A DNA stretch of 64,000 nucleotides from Flavobacteriales bacterium (GCA_037624665.1 JASJIW010000062.1:2632-66631); one strand, 5' to 3'; numbered from the stretch's first letter, positions 38,855 through 50,912 are shown. Translations and numbers: made by a program. The notes: generated by a model from the sequence alone, not told the origin.

Positions 38855-39898
38855 GTGAACGAAATAATAACCGAAGAAGAATCAGAAAACCAAGGGCTTT
38901 ACGAGCATTATAGTTTTATTGCTGATCCAGGACAAGAGCTATTAAGAATTGATAAATTTTTAATGGACAGAATTCCTAATACAACAAGAAATAAATTACA
39001 GACTGCACTTTTAGATGGTCACATCTCCGTAAACAAAAAATCTGTAAAATCTAATTATAGGGTAAAACCTTTAGATGATATCAAAGTAGAATTACCTTAT
39101 CCTCCAACTGAGATAGAATTAATTCCTGAAGATATTCCTTTAGACATTGTTTATGAAGATGATGATGTAATCGTTCTGAATAAACAATCGGAAATGGTTG
39201 TTCACCCTGGTTACGGTAACTTTACCGGAACCTTAGTAAATGGACTAATACATCATATTGAAAATCTTCCAAATACAGAGGTTGCCAATAGACCTGGTTT
39301 AGTTCACCGATTGGATAAGAACACAACAGGAATTATGGTTGTTGCTAAAAATGAACATGCTTTATCTCACTTAGGTAAGCAGTTTCATGATAGAACTACC
39401 GAAAGAAGATACCACGCTCTTGTTTGGGGTGATGTTAAAGAGAATGAAGGAACGGTAACTGGAAATGTTGGAAGAGCTTTAAAAAACAGAAAAGTAATGG
39501 ATGTTTTTCCTGAAGAAGATTTTGGGAAACACGCTGTAACGCACTATAAGGTTTTAAAACGTTACGGATACGTTACATTAATTGAATGTAAATTAGAAAC
39601 TGGTAGAACACACCAAATTCGTGTTCACATGAAACACATTGGACACACGTTGTTTAATGATGCTGATTATGGAGGAGATAGAATTTTAAAAGGTACTTCT
39701 TTTAGTAAATACAAACAGTTTGCAAATAACTGTTTTAAGATATTACCTAGACAAGCATTACATGCAAAGTCGTTAGGATTTGAACATCCTAAAACTGGTG
39801 AATGGATGCAGTTCGATTCTGAACTACCACAAGATATGATTGACACTTTAGCCAAATGGGATATTTACATTGCCAACAGAGGTGACGAAGTAAAGTAA
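38855..39898 (+). CDS. rluD: RluA-family 23S rRNA pseudouridine synthase (RluD-like)
   Basis: S4 domain (RIDKFL), HRLDKNTTGIMVVAK catalytic Asp motif, GRTHQIRVH. Confidence 0.92.
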   Translation: MNEIITEEESENQGLYEHYSFIADPGQELLRIDKFLMDRIPNTTRNKLQTALLDGHISVNKKSVKSNYRVKPLDDIKVELPYPPTEIELIPEDIPLDIVYEDDDVIVLNKQSEMVVHPGYGNFTGTLVNGLIHHIENLPNTEVANRPGLVHRLDKNTTGIMVVAKNEHALSHLGKQFHDRTTERRYHALVWGDVKENEGTVTGNVGRALKNRKVMDVFPEEDFGKHAVTHYKVLKRYGYVTLIECKLETGRTHQIRVHMKHIGHTLFNDADYGGDRILKGTSFSKYKQFANNCFKILPRQALHAKSLGFEHPKTGEWMQFDSELPQDMIDTLAKWDIYIANRGDEVK

Positions 39899-39912
39899 TG
39901 TAAGATTCTTAA

Positions 39913-39953
39913 TGTCTCATCCTAAAACAGTAAATCTGTTTTAGGATGAGACA
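39913..39953. terminator. 18-bp perfect hairpin between convergent genes
   Basis: tgtctcatcctaaaacag-taaat-ctgttttaggatgagaca. Confidence 0.6.
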
Positions 39954-39969
39954 AAGGGTTAGTAATAAC

Positions 39970-40179
39970 TTATTTTTTTACAAGTATTGGTTGCAGCACA
40001 TATTGTGCTCCAAAGTTTTCCAAAACCCATTTCATTAATTCATCAACCTCCTCGGTTGATAAATTTTTGCAAGCTTTAGTTAATTCCTTTTTAAAGAGAA
40101 AAACATCAAAACTCATTTTATTTAAAACATTTTTACTGTACACCAGCATTTCTTTAGATTTTTGTCTTATCTTTTTCAT
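39970..40179 (-). CDS. hypothetical small protein (69 aa)
   Basis: ORF only; helical, basic N-terminus. No recognised motif. Confidence 0.4.
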   Translation of the reverse strand: MKKIRQKSKEMLVYSKNVLNKMSFDVFLFKKELTKACKNLSTEEVDELMKWVLENFGAQYVLQPILVKK

Positions 40180-40345
40180 ACGTTACTTTTTTTCTTCTCT
40201 GAGTTTAAATTTAAGAAATATTACTGATTGATTTCGGTTTAAAATATATTTTCACACTCACATTCCAAACATTAATTAATAAACTAATAATCCTGCTTAT
40301 TATTTTGGCTAACTTTACTTTTATAATTTTTTAACACTATTACCT

Positions 40346-42094
40346 ATGAAAAAAATACTATTAGCGATTTTACTTTTACCAAGCATTTTACTTCAAGCAG
40401 CAACAATTAGCTATGAAGTTTCTATGCCCGAACCACATACTCATTATTTTAATGTTAAAATGGATGTAGTAGATTATCAAAAAGAATATTTTGATGTTCA
40501 AATGCCCGTATGGTCACCAGGATCTTATTTAGTAAGAGAGTTTGCCAAAGGAGTTGAAGGTTTAGTTGCAACAGCGAATAATAAAACACTGAAAGCAGAA
40601 AAAATCAATAAAAATACTTGGCGTATCTATCCTAAGGAAAGTAAAAATGTTGTTATCAATTATAAAGTATATGCTTTTGAGCTAAGTGTACGTACAAGTT
40701 TTGTAGACGCATCTCATGCTTACTTTAACGGAACAAGTATGTTTATGTTTATTGATGAATTGAGAAACACTCCTCATAACCTTACTATTATTCCTTTTAA
40801 AGACTGGAAAAAAGTAAGTACCTCTTTACCCAAAACATCAAAAGAAGGATTTCAATACCAAGCTCCAGACTATGATATTTTAGTTGATTCTCCAGTAGAA
40901 ATTGGAAATCAAGAAACTTTTTATTTTACATCAGCTGGTGTTATACATCATGTTGCTATGTATGGTAAAGGAAATTATGATATCGAAAAACTAAAAGTAG
41001 ACATGGCTAAAATTACGCAAGCCTGTACGGATGTTTTTGGAGAAAACCCAAACAAAGAATACACGTTCATTATCCACAACTTAACCCATGGTAGTGGTGG
41101 CTTAGAACACTTAAGTTCTACTACTTTAGAAGTTAACCGTTGGACTTATGAAGGATCTGATTATAAAGGTTTCTTAAGTTTAGTAGCGCATGAATATTTC
41201 CACTTGTGGAATGTAAAAAGAGTACGACCAATAGAATTAGGTCCTTTCGATTATAACAACGAAAATTATACCAGCCTTTTATGGGTCATGGAAGGTTTTA
41301 CAAGTTACTATGATGAATTGTTATTGTATCGCGCAGGAATTTATGATGAAGAAACAATTATTAGAAAATTTAGAGGTTCGATAAATAACATTGAAAACCA
41401 ACCCGGAAATAAAGTACAACCGGTTGCTCACTCTAGTTTTGATGCTTGGATTAAAGCATACAGACCAAACGAAAACAGTTACAATACAACTATCTCATAC
41501 TACTCAAAAGGAAGTGTTGTTGCCAATATGTTAGACTTAATGATTATCAATAACACAAAAGGAGAAAAGAACTTAGATAATGTAATGCAATATTTATACA
41601 ATGAGTTTTACAAAAAACAAGATAGAGGATTTACTCCTGCAGAAATGAAAACTACTTTAGAGAAAGTTTCTGGTTTAAAAATGGATGACTTTTTTGCGAA
41701 ATACATTAATGGAACGGAGACATTTGATTATAACACCCTTTTTGGTTATGCTGGCTTAACAGTTGAAACGGTTGTAAATAAAGATCCTAGTTTAGGAATA
41801 TCAGAAGCTAATAACAAGATTAGAAGAGTTTACAGAGGTTCTTCTGCTTATACTGGCGGACTTAATGTGAATGATGAGTTATTGGCTATTGATGGCTTTA
41901 GAATTGATGGAAACATTAAAGACTTTATTGATGCTAAAGACGTTGGCGATGAAATTTCATTATTAATTAGTAGAGATAACATTATCCAAACAATTAAATT
42001 TCCTTTATTAGAAAAAGGGAGTACCAACTACTTTATCATAAACGATTCTGAAAATAAAAATAGTGTTCACCAAAAATGGTTATCTCAAAAATGA
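40346..42094 (+). CDS. M61 family (glycyl aminopeptidase-like) metallopeptidase with C-terminal PDZ domain
   Basis: Signal peptide, HEYFHLWNVKR zinc motif, PDZ-like GLNVNDELLAIDG. Confidence 0.88.
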   Translation: MKKILLAILLLPSILLQAATISYEVSMPEPHTHYFNVKMDVVDYQKEYFDVQMPVWSPGSYLVREFAKGVEGLVATANNKTLKAEKINKNTWRIYPKESKNVVINYKVYAFELSVRTSFVDASHAYFNGTSMFMFIDELRNTPHNLTIIPFKDWKKVSTSLPKTSKEGFQYQAPDYDILVDSPVEIGNQETFYFTSAGVIHHVAMYGKGNYDIEKLKVDMAKITQACTDVFGENPNKEYTFIIHNLTHGSGGLEHLSSTTLEVNRWTYEGSDYKGFLSLVAHEYFHLWNVKRVRPIELGPFDYNNENYTSLLWVMEGFTSYYDELLLYRAGIYDEETIIRKFRGSINNIENQPGNKVQPVAHSSFDAWIKAYRPNENSYNTTISYYSKGSVVANMLDLMIINNTKGEKNLDNVMQYLYNEFYKKQDRGFTPAEMKTTLEKVSGLKMDDFFAKYINGTETFDYNTLFGYAGLTVETVVNKDPSLGISEANNKIRRVYRGSSAYTGGLNVNDELLAIDGFRIDGNIKDFIDAKDVGDEISLLISRDNIIQTIKFPLLEKGSTNYFIINDSENKNSVHQKWLSQK

Positions 42095-42600
42095 TTACTT
42101 CTCTAATTGTAGCTGTTGCTGAAAATAATGTAATTGGTAAAGACAACGATTTGATTTGGCGTTTACCAAAGGATATGAAGTTCTTTAAGGAAACAACCTT
42201 AAATCATCATATTATTACTGGTCGAAAAAATTACATTTCTATTCCAAAAAAGTTTAGACCACTACCCAATAGAACAAATATTGTGTTAACGCGTCAAACA
42301 TATTTTGAAGAAGAAGGCTGTGTTATTGAACATTCTTTAGAAGATGCAATTACTCATGCAAAAAACAATAACGAAACAGAACTCTTTATTATTGGTGGAG
42401 GTCAAATTTATAAAGAAGCTCTAGAAAAAGGGTTGATTGATAGAATGTACATTACGCATGTTCATCATGATTTTGATGGCGATACTTTCTTCCCTGAAAT
42501 AGATGAGAAAATTTGGAATAAAGTATCCGAAATTTCTAATTCTGTTGACGAAAAACATCAACATCCCTACTCGTTTGTAGTTTATGAAAAAATAAATTAA
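42091..42600 (+). CDS. folA: dihydrofolate reductase
   Basis: SLIVAVAENNVIGKDNDLIWRLPKDMKFFKETT, IGGGQIY. The ATG at 42091 forms an ATGA overlap with the M61 stop; the track start at 42076 is less likely. Confidence 0.92.
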   Translation: MITSLIVAVAENNVIGKDNDLIWRLPKDMKFFKETTLNHHIITGRKNYISIPKKFRPLPNRTNIVLTRQTYFEEEGCVIEHSLEDAITHAKNNNETELFIIGGGQIYKEALEKGLIDRMYITHVHHDFDGDTFFPEIDEKIWNKVSEISNSVDEKHQHPYSFVVYEKIN

Positions 42601-42621
42601 CGCATTAAAACTCTAAGCACA

Positions 42622-43458
42622 ATGTTAAGTATCAATCCAAAAGATTTAGAAATACCTCAATTACATCGTTACTTATTAGGAGCTATTGGCCCAAGACCAA
42701 TTGCATTTGCGAGTACTATTGATGCTGATGGCATACCAAACCTTAGCCCGTTTAGTTTCTTCAATGTTTTTAGCGCCAACCCTCCTATTATGGTTTTTTC
42801 TCCTGCTCGAAGCGGAAGAACTGGAGCAACTAAAAATACCTTAGACAATGTAAAGAATGTAAAGGAAGTTGTAATTAATGTGGTGAACCACGATATTGTA
42901 CAGCAAATGTCATTAGCAAGTTCTCCTTATGATGCTAGTATTGATGAGTTTGTAAAAGCGGGTTTAACTCCTGTTGCTTCAGAATTAATTAAACCATTTA
43001 GAGTAAAAGAATCCCCTGTTCAGTTTGAATGTAAAGTGAATGAGATTATTGAGCTTGGACAAAACGGAGGTGCAGGAAACCTAGTCATTTGTGAAGTGGT
43101 AAAAATTCACATTAACGAAGACGTGCTTGATGCCAACGGAATGATTGATCAACATAAAATTGATTTGGTTAGTCGTATGGGTGGAAACTGGTATTGTAGA
43201 GCTGATAAAAACTCTATGTTTGAGATTCAAAAACCAATTACAACTATTGGGATTGGAGTAGATCAAATTCCAACAGAAATTAGAAACAGTACTATTTTAA
43301 CTGGTAACGATTTAGGTTTACTAGGAAGTGTTGAGGCTATCCCTACTCAAGAAGAAGTTGCAGCGTTTGATGCTCTAAATGGAGAATCACATCAAATTGC
43401 TAAAGGATTATTAGCTAAAAATGAAGTTCTAGAAGCATGGAAAACTTTGCTTAAATAA
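42622..43458 (+). CDS. flavin reductase-like family protein (second copy in window)
   Basis: GPRPIAFASTIDADGIPNLSPFSFFNVFSANPP, split-barrel FMN-binding type. Confidence 0.75.
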   Translation: MLSINPKDLEIPQLHRYLLGAIGPRPIAFASTIDADGIPNLSPFSFFNVFSANPPIMVFSPARSGRTGATKNTLDNVKNVKEVVINVVNHDIVQQMSLASSPYDASIDEFVKAGLTPVASELIKPFRVKESPVQFECKVNEIIELGQNGGAGNLVICEVVKIHINEDVLDANGMIDQHKIDLVSRMGGNWYCRADKNSMFEIQKPITTIGIGVDQIPTEIRNSTILTGNDLGLLGSVEAIPTQEEVAAFDALNGESHQIAKGLLAKNEVLEAWKTLLK

Positions 43459-43660
43459 GTGAATTTTACTGAATAAATAATAGCAAAGCGCTTAAACATC
43501 ACGTCCACCCCCATTTACTATAACAGTGGTTATTACCATTGTTACTTTTCTATTGCATTGTTTATATCAAATTAGTCAATTCTAATTCCCTTTTTATTGT
43601 TAAAAACGATTTCCGGAACTAAAGCGATGAAAAGAGTTTTTGTCTCGAAAAATAACCACA

Positions 43661-43695
43661 AAAAAAGCCTCCCGAATTTATTTCGAGAGGCTTTT
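43661..43695 (-). terminator. rho-independent terminator after atpC
   Basis: aaaagcctc(c)cgaa...ttcgagaggctttt; a T-run follows on the minus strand. Confidence 0.65.
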
Positions 43696-43716
43696 ATTAT
43701 ACTTAAGTAGTTCGTT

Positions 43717-43950
43717 TTATTCTGCTAAAACAATAACTCTATTGTTATTTACTTCAACAACACCACCATTTACAGAAAAGGTTTTTTCAGTACCATTTTC
43801 TACAATTTTAATTTCTCCCGCTTTAAGCGAAGAAACTAATGGTGCGTGATCGTTTAACAATCCAAAAGAACCATCAGAACCAGGCAGGTTAATTAACTCA
43901 ACTTCTCCTTGGTATAGTTCTTTTTCTGGTGTGATTATTTCTAATTGCAT
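43717..43950 (-). CDS. atpC: F0F1 ATP synthase subunit epsilon (short form)
   Basis: MQLEIITPEKELYQGEVELINLPGSDGSFGLLNDHAPL..., immediately downstream of atpD. Confidence 0.9.
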   Translation of the reverse strand: MQLEIITPEKELYQGEVELINLPGSDGSFGLLNDHAPLVSSLKAGEIKIVENGTEKTFSVNGGVVEVNNNRVIVLAE

Positions 43951-44041
43951 ATTTTTCAGTTTTCGGTTTTAGTTTTGGAGTCTTGGGTTTCAAATATTTG
44001 CTTAAACATCAACTCAATACCCAACACTTCTAACTCATAAC

Positions 44042-45568
<1,527 letters not shown>

Positions 45569-45706
45569 TTAAACTTTTCTGTCTGTTTTAAGGCTGCAAA
45601 AATAGTATTAATTATCATTTCATAACAACTATTTTTGTATTATTTTTTTACTGATATTTGCATAATAGAAAAAAATCCATTTTCAGCAGTAATAAGATCC
45701 AATTTA

Positions 45707-46636
45707 GTGAAGGTTTACAACAGTATTGAAGAATTTAGCACCAGTAATAAAACTGCTGTAACCACTGGCACTTTTGATGGTGTACATGCTGGTCATAAAG
45801 TAATTATTGAGCAGCTCAAAAGAGCTGCAGAAAAAATTGATGGAGAAAGTGTTATTCTTACTTTTTTTCCACATCCCAGGATGGTTCTTTATCCAGACGA
45901 CACTGATCTTCGCTTATTAAATACTATTAACGAGCGAATTTCTATGCTCGAAAAAACAGGAATTGATCATTTAATTATCCACCCTTTTTCTAAAGAATTT
46001 TCACGTTTAAGTTCCACTGAGTTTGTTAGAGACATTTTAGTCAATCAGTTAAATGTTTCCATTTTAGTTATTGGTTACGACCATCATTTTGGAAGAAATA
46101 GAGAAGGTTCTTTTAAACACTTAGAAGAACTCGCTCCTCTTTATAATTTTAAAGTAGAAGAAATTTCAGCACAAGAAATACAACAAGTCAACATTAGTTC
46201 AACCAAGGTAAGAAACGCCTTATTAAATGGTGAAACATACGCAGCCAATCAATTTTTAGGATATAACTACGCTATAAAAGGAACCGTTGTTGATGGTGAG
46301 AAAACGGGGAGGAAAATTGGTTTCCCAACAGCAAACCTTAGAATTAATGAATGGTACAAACTTATTCCTAGCAGTGGTGTTTACGCTGTTAAAGTAAAAG
46401 TTGAAAATACTACTTTTAATGGAATGTTAAACATTGGAAACCGACCAACACTCAAGAACAACAAAAAAGAAACTATTGAAGTAAATATCTTTAATTTTGA
46501 TGAAGAAATTTATGACCAAGAAATAAAAATAGAATTTTTCGAGAAAATTAGAGACGAACAAAAATTTGAAAATCTATCGGAATTAACCAATCAGCTTAAA
46601 ATTGATAAAGAACACGTTCTACAAATTTTTAATTAG
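45707..46636 (+). CDS. ribF: bifunctional riboflavin kinase / FAD synthetase
   Basis: TGTFDGVHAGH, GYDHHFG, GRKIGFPTANL, E(V)NIFNFD. The GTG at 45707 (VKVYNSIEEF) is preferred to the track TTG at 45635. Confidence 0.9.
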   Translation: MKVYNSIEEFSTSNKTAVTTGTFDGVHAGHKVIIEQLKRAAEKIDGESVILTFFPHPRMVLYPDDTDLRLLNTINERISMLEKTGIDHLIIHPFSKEFSRLSSTEFVRDILVNQLNVSILVIGYDHHFGRNREGSFKHLEELAPLYNFKVEEISAQEIQQVNISSTKVRNALLNGETYAANQFLGYNYAIKGTVVDGEKTGRKIGFPTANLRINEWYKLIPSSGVYAVKVKVENTTFNGMLNIGNRPTLKNNKKETIEVNIFNFDEEIYDQEIKIEFFEKIRDEQKFENLSELTNQLKIDKEHVLQIFN

Positions 46637-47216
46637 TGCATTATTCGTTTTTTTTACGATTAACACAAAAGCACAAGTACTAAGTTTAGAAGTTTTAGAA
46701 ACTACTCCTACCTATAATTTAGAAGAAGCCTTAAAGCAAGACCCGCTAAAAGTGTATAAGCTCAATTTAAAAAAACAAAAATTAACAGCACTTCCTAAAA
46801 TCATATTGCAGTTTAAAAATTTACAAGTGTTAAATCTTAAAAGCAATAAGTTAGAAACGTTTCCGAAAAACATAACCGCCTTTAAATATTTACAAGAATT
46901 AATTATTACCGCCAATAAAATAGAACTCGTAACAAAAGAACTCGGCGAATTAATTTACTTAAAACGATTTGTTGCCGGATCAAATAAGATTGTTTCTATT
47001 CCTTCAGAAATAAAGAATTTAAAAGAATTAATCTTTTTAGACCTTTGGGGAAACAACATAGGCTACCTTCCTTTAGAAATACAAGAATTAAAAAACAACC
47101 TTAAAGAAATTGATATGCGTCAAATAAAAATGACTAAGGATGAACACAAAAAAATAGAAGTTCTACTTCCAAACACTAAAATTAGATTTTCTGAATCGTG
47201 CGGTTGTGGATTTTAA
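46602..47216 (+). CDS. leucine-rich repeat protein with signal peptide
   Basis: Repeated LxxLxLxxNxL units (LQVLNLKSNKLETFP, LQELIITANKIELV, LIFLDLWGNNIGYLP). Confidence 0.8.
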   Translation: MIKNTFYKFLISALFVFFTINTKAQVLSLEVLETTPTYNLEEALKQDPLKVYKLNLKKQKLTALPKIILQFKNLQVLNLKSNKLETFPKNITAFKYLQELIITANKIELVTKELGELIYLKRFVAGSNKIVSIPSEIKNLKELIFLDLWGNNIGYLPLEIQELKNNLKEIDMRQIKMTKDEHKKIEVLLPNTKIRFSESCGCGF

Positions 47217-47322
47217 TACGTGCTTATAATATTGTAAACCTAAAATTCTATTAAATACTTTTTAAACTGTATTTTTGACGAGAGTAAACTATTTACCACA
47301 GTTATTCGTCTTAAAAGCATAG

Positions 47323-47937
47323 ATGATTAAAAAACAGCACATATTACTATTTATTGCCCTCACATTCGTGTCATTAAATATAAATGCTCAAGACAAATTA
47401 CTTTTCTTAAATGGTAAAATTTTAGCAGGTAAAATTCTAGCACAAACCGATTACGAATTTTCATTTGAAGACAAAAAAAACAAGCAATACAGCATTGATA
47501 AATACCGTATTTTCAGCTTTACTAAAAACGAAACAGAACACATCATTTATAAGTATGATACTTTAGCTGGAAACTTCTTAAAACTAGATGATATGCAACT
47601 CTATGTTTATGGAGAACGAGATGCTCACTTTACCTACAACAGCCATCTTATAAGCGCTGTTGGATTAGTTTTGGGGGGTGCTTCCGGATACCTTATGCAT
47701 AAAGATCAAAACTTTTTATACATCGTTACACCTTTTATTTACACAACATTAACACTTCCATTTGGGACGAAGATAAAACAACAAAGCAGCATAAAAAATA
47801 AAGGCTTCCTTAAAAAAGACGAATACCTTCATGGCTATGATAGAGTTGCCAGAAGCAAACGGACAACAAACGCCTTAAAGAGTAGTTTTGTTGGTATGGG
47901 AGTTGGATTTCTAATTAGTGTTATCCTTAATAATTAA
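47323..47937 (+). CDS. hypothetical protein (signal peptide, C-terminal TM segments)
   Basis: ORF with signal sequence ALTFVSLNINAQ and hydrophobic helices near the C-terminus; no recognised motif. Confidence 0.5.
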   Translation: MIKKQHILLFIALTFVSLNINAQDKLLFLNGKILAGKILAQTDYEFSFEDKKNKQYSIDKYRIFSFTKNETEHIIYKYDTLAGNFLKLDDMQLYVYGERDAHFTYNSHLISAVGLVLGGASGYLMHKDQNFLYIVTPFIYTTLTLPFGTKIKQQSSIKNKGFLKKDEYLHGYDRVARSKRTTNALKSSFVGMGVGFLISVILNN

Positions 47938-47940
47938 CTT

Positions 47941-48813
47941 TTGAAATTAGTCCTTTCAATTCTCAAATTTCTTATTTTTTCCAACATTTTTGTCTCGCTT
48001 TGCGTCACAGTATTTACACACCTTACGTATATCATATATAACCTGCCTACAAACAATTTGTGGGCGGTATTATTAATGGTTTTTAGCTTTACTTTTTTCA
48101 CTTATAACGGACAAAGACTTTACCGTCTTAATCAAAAAATAATAGAAAAAAACAAATTGGGAGAACGTTTAAAATGGGTGATCAAACATAAAATAGCTTT
48201 AACCATTTCAGCTATAGCATGTGGACTAATAGGTCTATTATGTACCTTATTTATAGATTATTATTGCTTTCTTATTCTCATCCCTATGGGCGGATTATCT
48301 ATTTTTTATGTTATCCCTCTAATTCCTATGTACAAAGCAAGTCCATCATTAAGAGATATCCCTTACCTTAAAATAATTGTAATAGGAATTACTTGGTCAA
48401 TAGCAATTGTTTGGCTTCCAATGGTAGATACCAGATACACTGCTGGCATGAACACTTCAGCCCTGCTAATCAGCTTGTTGCAAGTTTTTTTATATGTATT
48501 TTCCATTACCTTGCCTTTTGATGTAAGAGACATTAAATTTGATAAACTCACTCATCTTAAAACAATACCCCGCTTAATTGGAGTGAAAAATACTATTGTT
48601 TTTTCTGAGCTTCTTTTAATACTTTCTTCAATCCTAATCTACTTCTTACCAGTCGGATTGTATTTTTACCCATTAGTTTTAGGCCACATTATTACCATGA
48701 TAATAATTGCCCTTACCAATGAAAAAAGAAACGAAATGTTTTATGCTGGATGGATTGAAGGATCCGTAATAATACTTTATAGTTGTGTTCTAATTACTGA
48801 TCTATTCTTCTGA
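47941..48813 (+). CDS. polytopic membrane protein, distantly UbiA-prenyltransferase-like
   Basis: About 8 TM helices and a second-motif-like PFDVRDIKFD. I cannot find the first Asp-rich NDxxDxxxD motif. TTG start. Confidence 0.45.
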   Translation: MKLVLSILKFLIFSNIFVSLCVTVFTHLTYIIYNLPTNNLWAVLLMVFSFTFFTYNGQRLYRLNQKIIEKNKLGERLKWVIKHKIALTISAIACGLIGLLCTLFIDYYCFLILIPMGGLSIFYVIPLIPMYKASPSLRDIPYLKIIVIGITWSIAIVWLPMVDTRYTAGMNTSALLISLLQVFLYVFSITLPFDVRDIKFDKLTHLKTIPRLIGVKNTIVFSELLLILSSILIYFLPVGLYFYPLVLGHIITMIIIALTNEKRNEMFYAGWIEGSVIILYSCVLITDLFF

Positions 48814-49383
48814 TTTGGTTGTCGTGCTCTGCTCAACTTCTTTTTTTTCTCTCAACTTTTTATACGCTCTAATAGCCAACATTAACAAAACACCAAACAA
48901 GATAATTCCAACAACTCCCCAAACCCAACTTATTGCGCTTTTTAAAGTTACTAAAAATACCACTGCAAATAAGATAATCGTGGCAACTTCATTCCACATT
49001 CTTAGCTTAAAAGAAGAGAAAGTAAGCTTATCATTCATCAATTGCATAAACATACGTTGACACATAAAATGATAAACATATAACGCAACAACAAAGGTTA
49101 ATTTTATATGCATCCAAGGCATTACCAACCATACTCTTCCTTCAGGCGTAAAAAACAGTAACCAACTTGCAAAAAATGCTGTTAACACTGCTGAAGGCCA
49201 AGTAATTCCATACCACAATCTCTTACTCATTAATTTATATTGTTTCTGAAGGATAGCTTTTGCATTTTCATCTTCATCATTTGCTTCTACAAAATAGATA
49301 AAGAGTCTTACAATATAAAACAAACCTGCAAACCAGGTTACTACAAATATGATATGTAGTGCTTTTAGATAGTTATATTCCAT
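48802..49383 (-). CDS. hemJ: protoporphyrinogen IX oxidase HemJ (CopD/UPF0093 family)
   Basis: YLKALHIIFVVTWFAGLFYIVRLFIY, four TM helices, divergent from hemH. Confidence 0.8.
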   Translation of the reverse strand: MEYNYLKALHIIFVVTWFAGLFYIVRLFIYFVEANDEDENAKAILQKQYKLMSKRLWYGITWPSAVLTAFFASWLLFFTPEGRVWLVMPWMHIKLTFVVALYVYHFMCQRMFMQLMNDKLTFSSFKLRMWNEVATIILFAVVFLVTLKSAISWVWGVVGIILFGVLLMLAIRAYKKLREKKEVEQSTTTKSEE

Positions 49384-49434
49384 TTTGCTAAATTATAAAA
49401 TATTATCAACAAGTATTTTATTACTTTTGTTGTT

Positions 49435-50475
49435 ATGGTAAAAAAAGGGATTTTATTAATCAACTTAGGGACTCCAGATAGTCCATCAACAAAGGATGTT
49501 AGAAAATATTTGAGAGAATTTTTAATGGACGAGTATGTAATTGACTTACCATATTTAACCAGATGGTTTTTAGTAAACATAATAATAGCAACATTTAGAG
49601 CTCCAAAATCTGCAGAGATATACAAACAGGTATGGACAGAAAATGGCTCTCCACTGCTTTACTTTGGCTTAAAGGTTCAAAAATTATTACAAAACAAACT
49701 AGGCACAAGTATCCATGTAAGCTTTGGTATGCGATACCAAAATCCATCACTTGCATTAGCTATTGATGAATTAAAAGAAAAACAAATTGATAATTTAGTC
49801 GTGATTCCTTTATATCCTCAATGGGCTTCATCCTCTACAAAATCAAGTATTGAAAGAGTAAAAGAATTGTTGAAAGAGAAGAAATACTCTCCTAAAATTA
49901 AGTTTGTAGAAAACTTTGTAAAGAACGAAAAATTCATTGCTGCAATTGCTGAAAATGGAAACAAATATTGGTCAACCGGAAAGTTTGACAAAATACTATT
50001 TAGTTACCATGGGGTTCCCGAAAGACATGTTATAAAAGATTGTGCTAGTAATTACGGTAGCGACCATTGCAAGCTTGATGATAATTGTTGTAATACCTAT
50101 TCTGATAAAAATAGACTCTGCTACAGAGCACAATGCTATGAAACTTCTAGACTGGTTGCTAAAGCCATGAACTTAAAAGAAGGTGACTATGTTGTTGCTT
50201 TCCAATCTAGATTAGAGACAAGAGCTCGTGACCCATGGTTAAAACCATACTCTGATGTTTTTGCTGCAAAGTTTCCAAAGGAAGGTGTTAAAAATGTACT
50301 TGCCTTTTCTCCTTCATTTATTTCTGATTGCTTAGAAACAACTATTGAGGTTGGAGATGAATTTAAAGAAATCTTTATGGAAAACGGAGGGAATTCTTGG
50401 CAGCTAGTTGAAAGTTTAAACGAGAGCCCATTATGGATTGAAGCATTAGAACAATTGTCGTTAAACAGTGACTAA
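49435..50475 (+). CDS. hemH: ferrochelatase
   Basis: GILLINLGTPDSPSTKDVRKYLREFL, PLYPQWASSST, FSYHGVP, F(S)PSFISDCLET. Confidence 0.93.
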   Translation: MVKKGILLINLGTPDSPSTKDVRKYLREFLMDEYVIDLPYLTRWFLVNIIIATFRAPKSAEIYKQVWTENGSPLLYFGLKVQKLLQNKLGTSIHVSFGMRYQNPSLALAIDELKEKQIDNLVVIPLYPQWASSSTKSSIERVKELLKEKKYSPKIKFVENFVKNEKFIAAIAENGNKYWSTGKFDKILFSYHGVPERHVIKDCASNYGSDHCKLDDNCCNTYSDKNRLCYRAQCYETSRLVAKAMNLKEGDYVVAFQSRLETRARDPWLKPYSDVFAAKFPKEGVKNVLAFSPSFISDCLETTIEVGDEFKEIFMENGGNSWQLVESLNESPLWIEALEQLSLNSD

Positions 50476-50729
50476 TATTTTTATCCTAAGAGAACCTCAA
50501 GAAATTGAGGGTGAATCGACTTCTATTCGCTGCAAAAGGATTGGTGAATTATACGCAACCCCTAAATTAGGAAATGGTCTTATCATCAAAAAAACACTAA
50601 AAAAACTATTGACTAGATAATTAAGAGCATAATACAACCAACAACCTCTATCTTTCATTATGTTGATTGATTACCTTAAATTGGCTTCAACAAAACTAAA
50701 ACATAGATTAGTCGTTAAAAAATTAAAAA

Positions 50730-50912
50730 ATGTTCGAACACAACTTTCAATGTCCTTATTGTTGGGCAGAAATATCCATGCTGTTAGACCCTTCAATAAC
50801 ACATCAAATTTACATTGAAGATTGTGAGGTTTGCTGTAACCCAATTGAAATATGCGTTGAATTCAATAACAATGAACTTTCTAATTTCGCTGTAACAAGC
50901 ATAGAACAATGA
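50730..50912 (+). CDS. CPXCG-type cysteine-rich small protein
   Basis: FQCPYCWAEISMLLD...IEDCEVCCNPIE: two Cys pairs, zinc-ribbon-like. Confidence 0.65.
   Translation: MFEHNFQCPYCWAEISMLLDPSITHQIYIEDCEVCCNPIEICVEFNNNELSNFAVTSIEQ

Noticed and set aside
43640-43849. 69-aa plus-strand ORF
   Set aside because: It overlaps the atpC terminator hairpin and runs antisense into atpC.
49365-49625. 86-aa minus-strand ORF
   Set aside because: It is antisense to the 5' end of ferrochelatase and overlaps the hemJ start; no motif was recognised.
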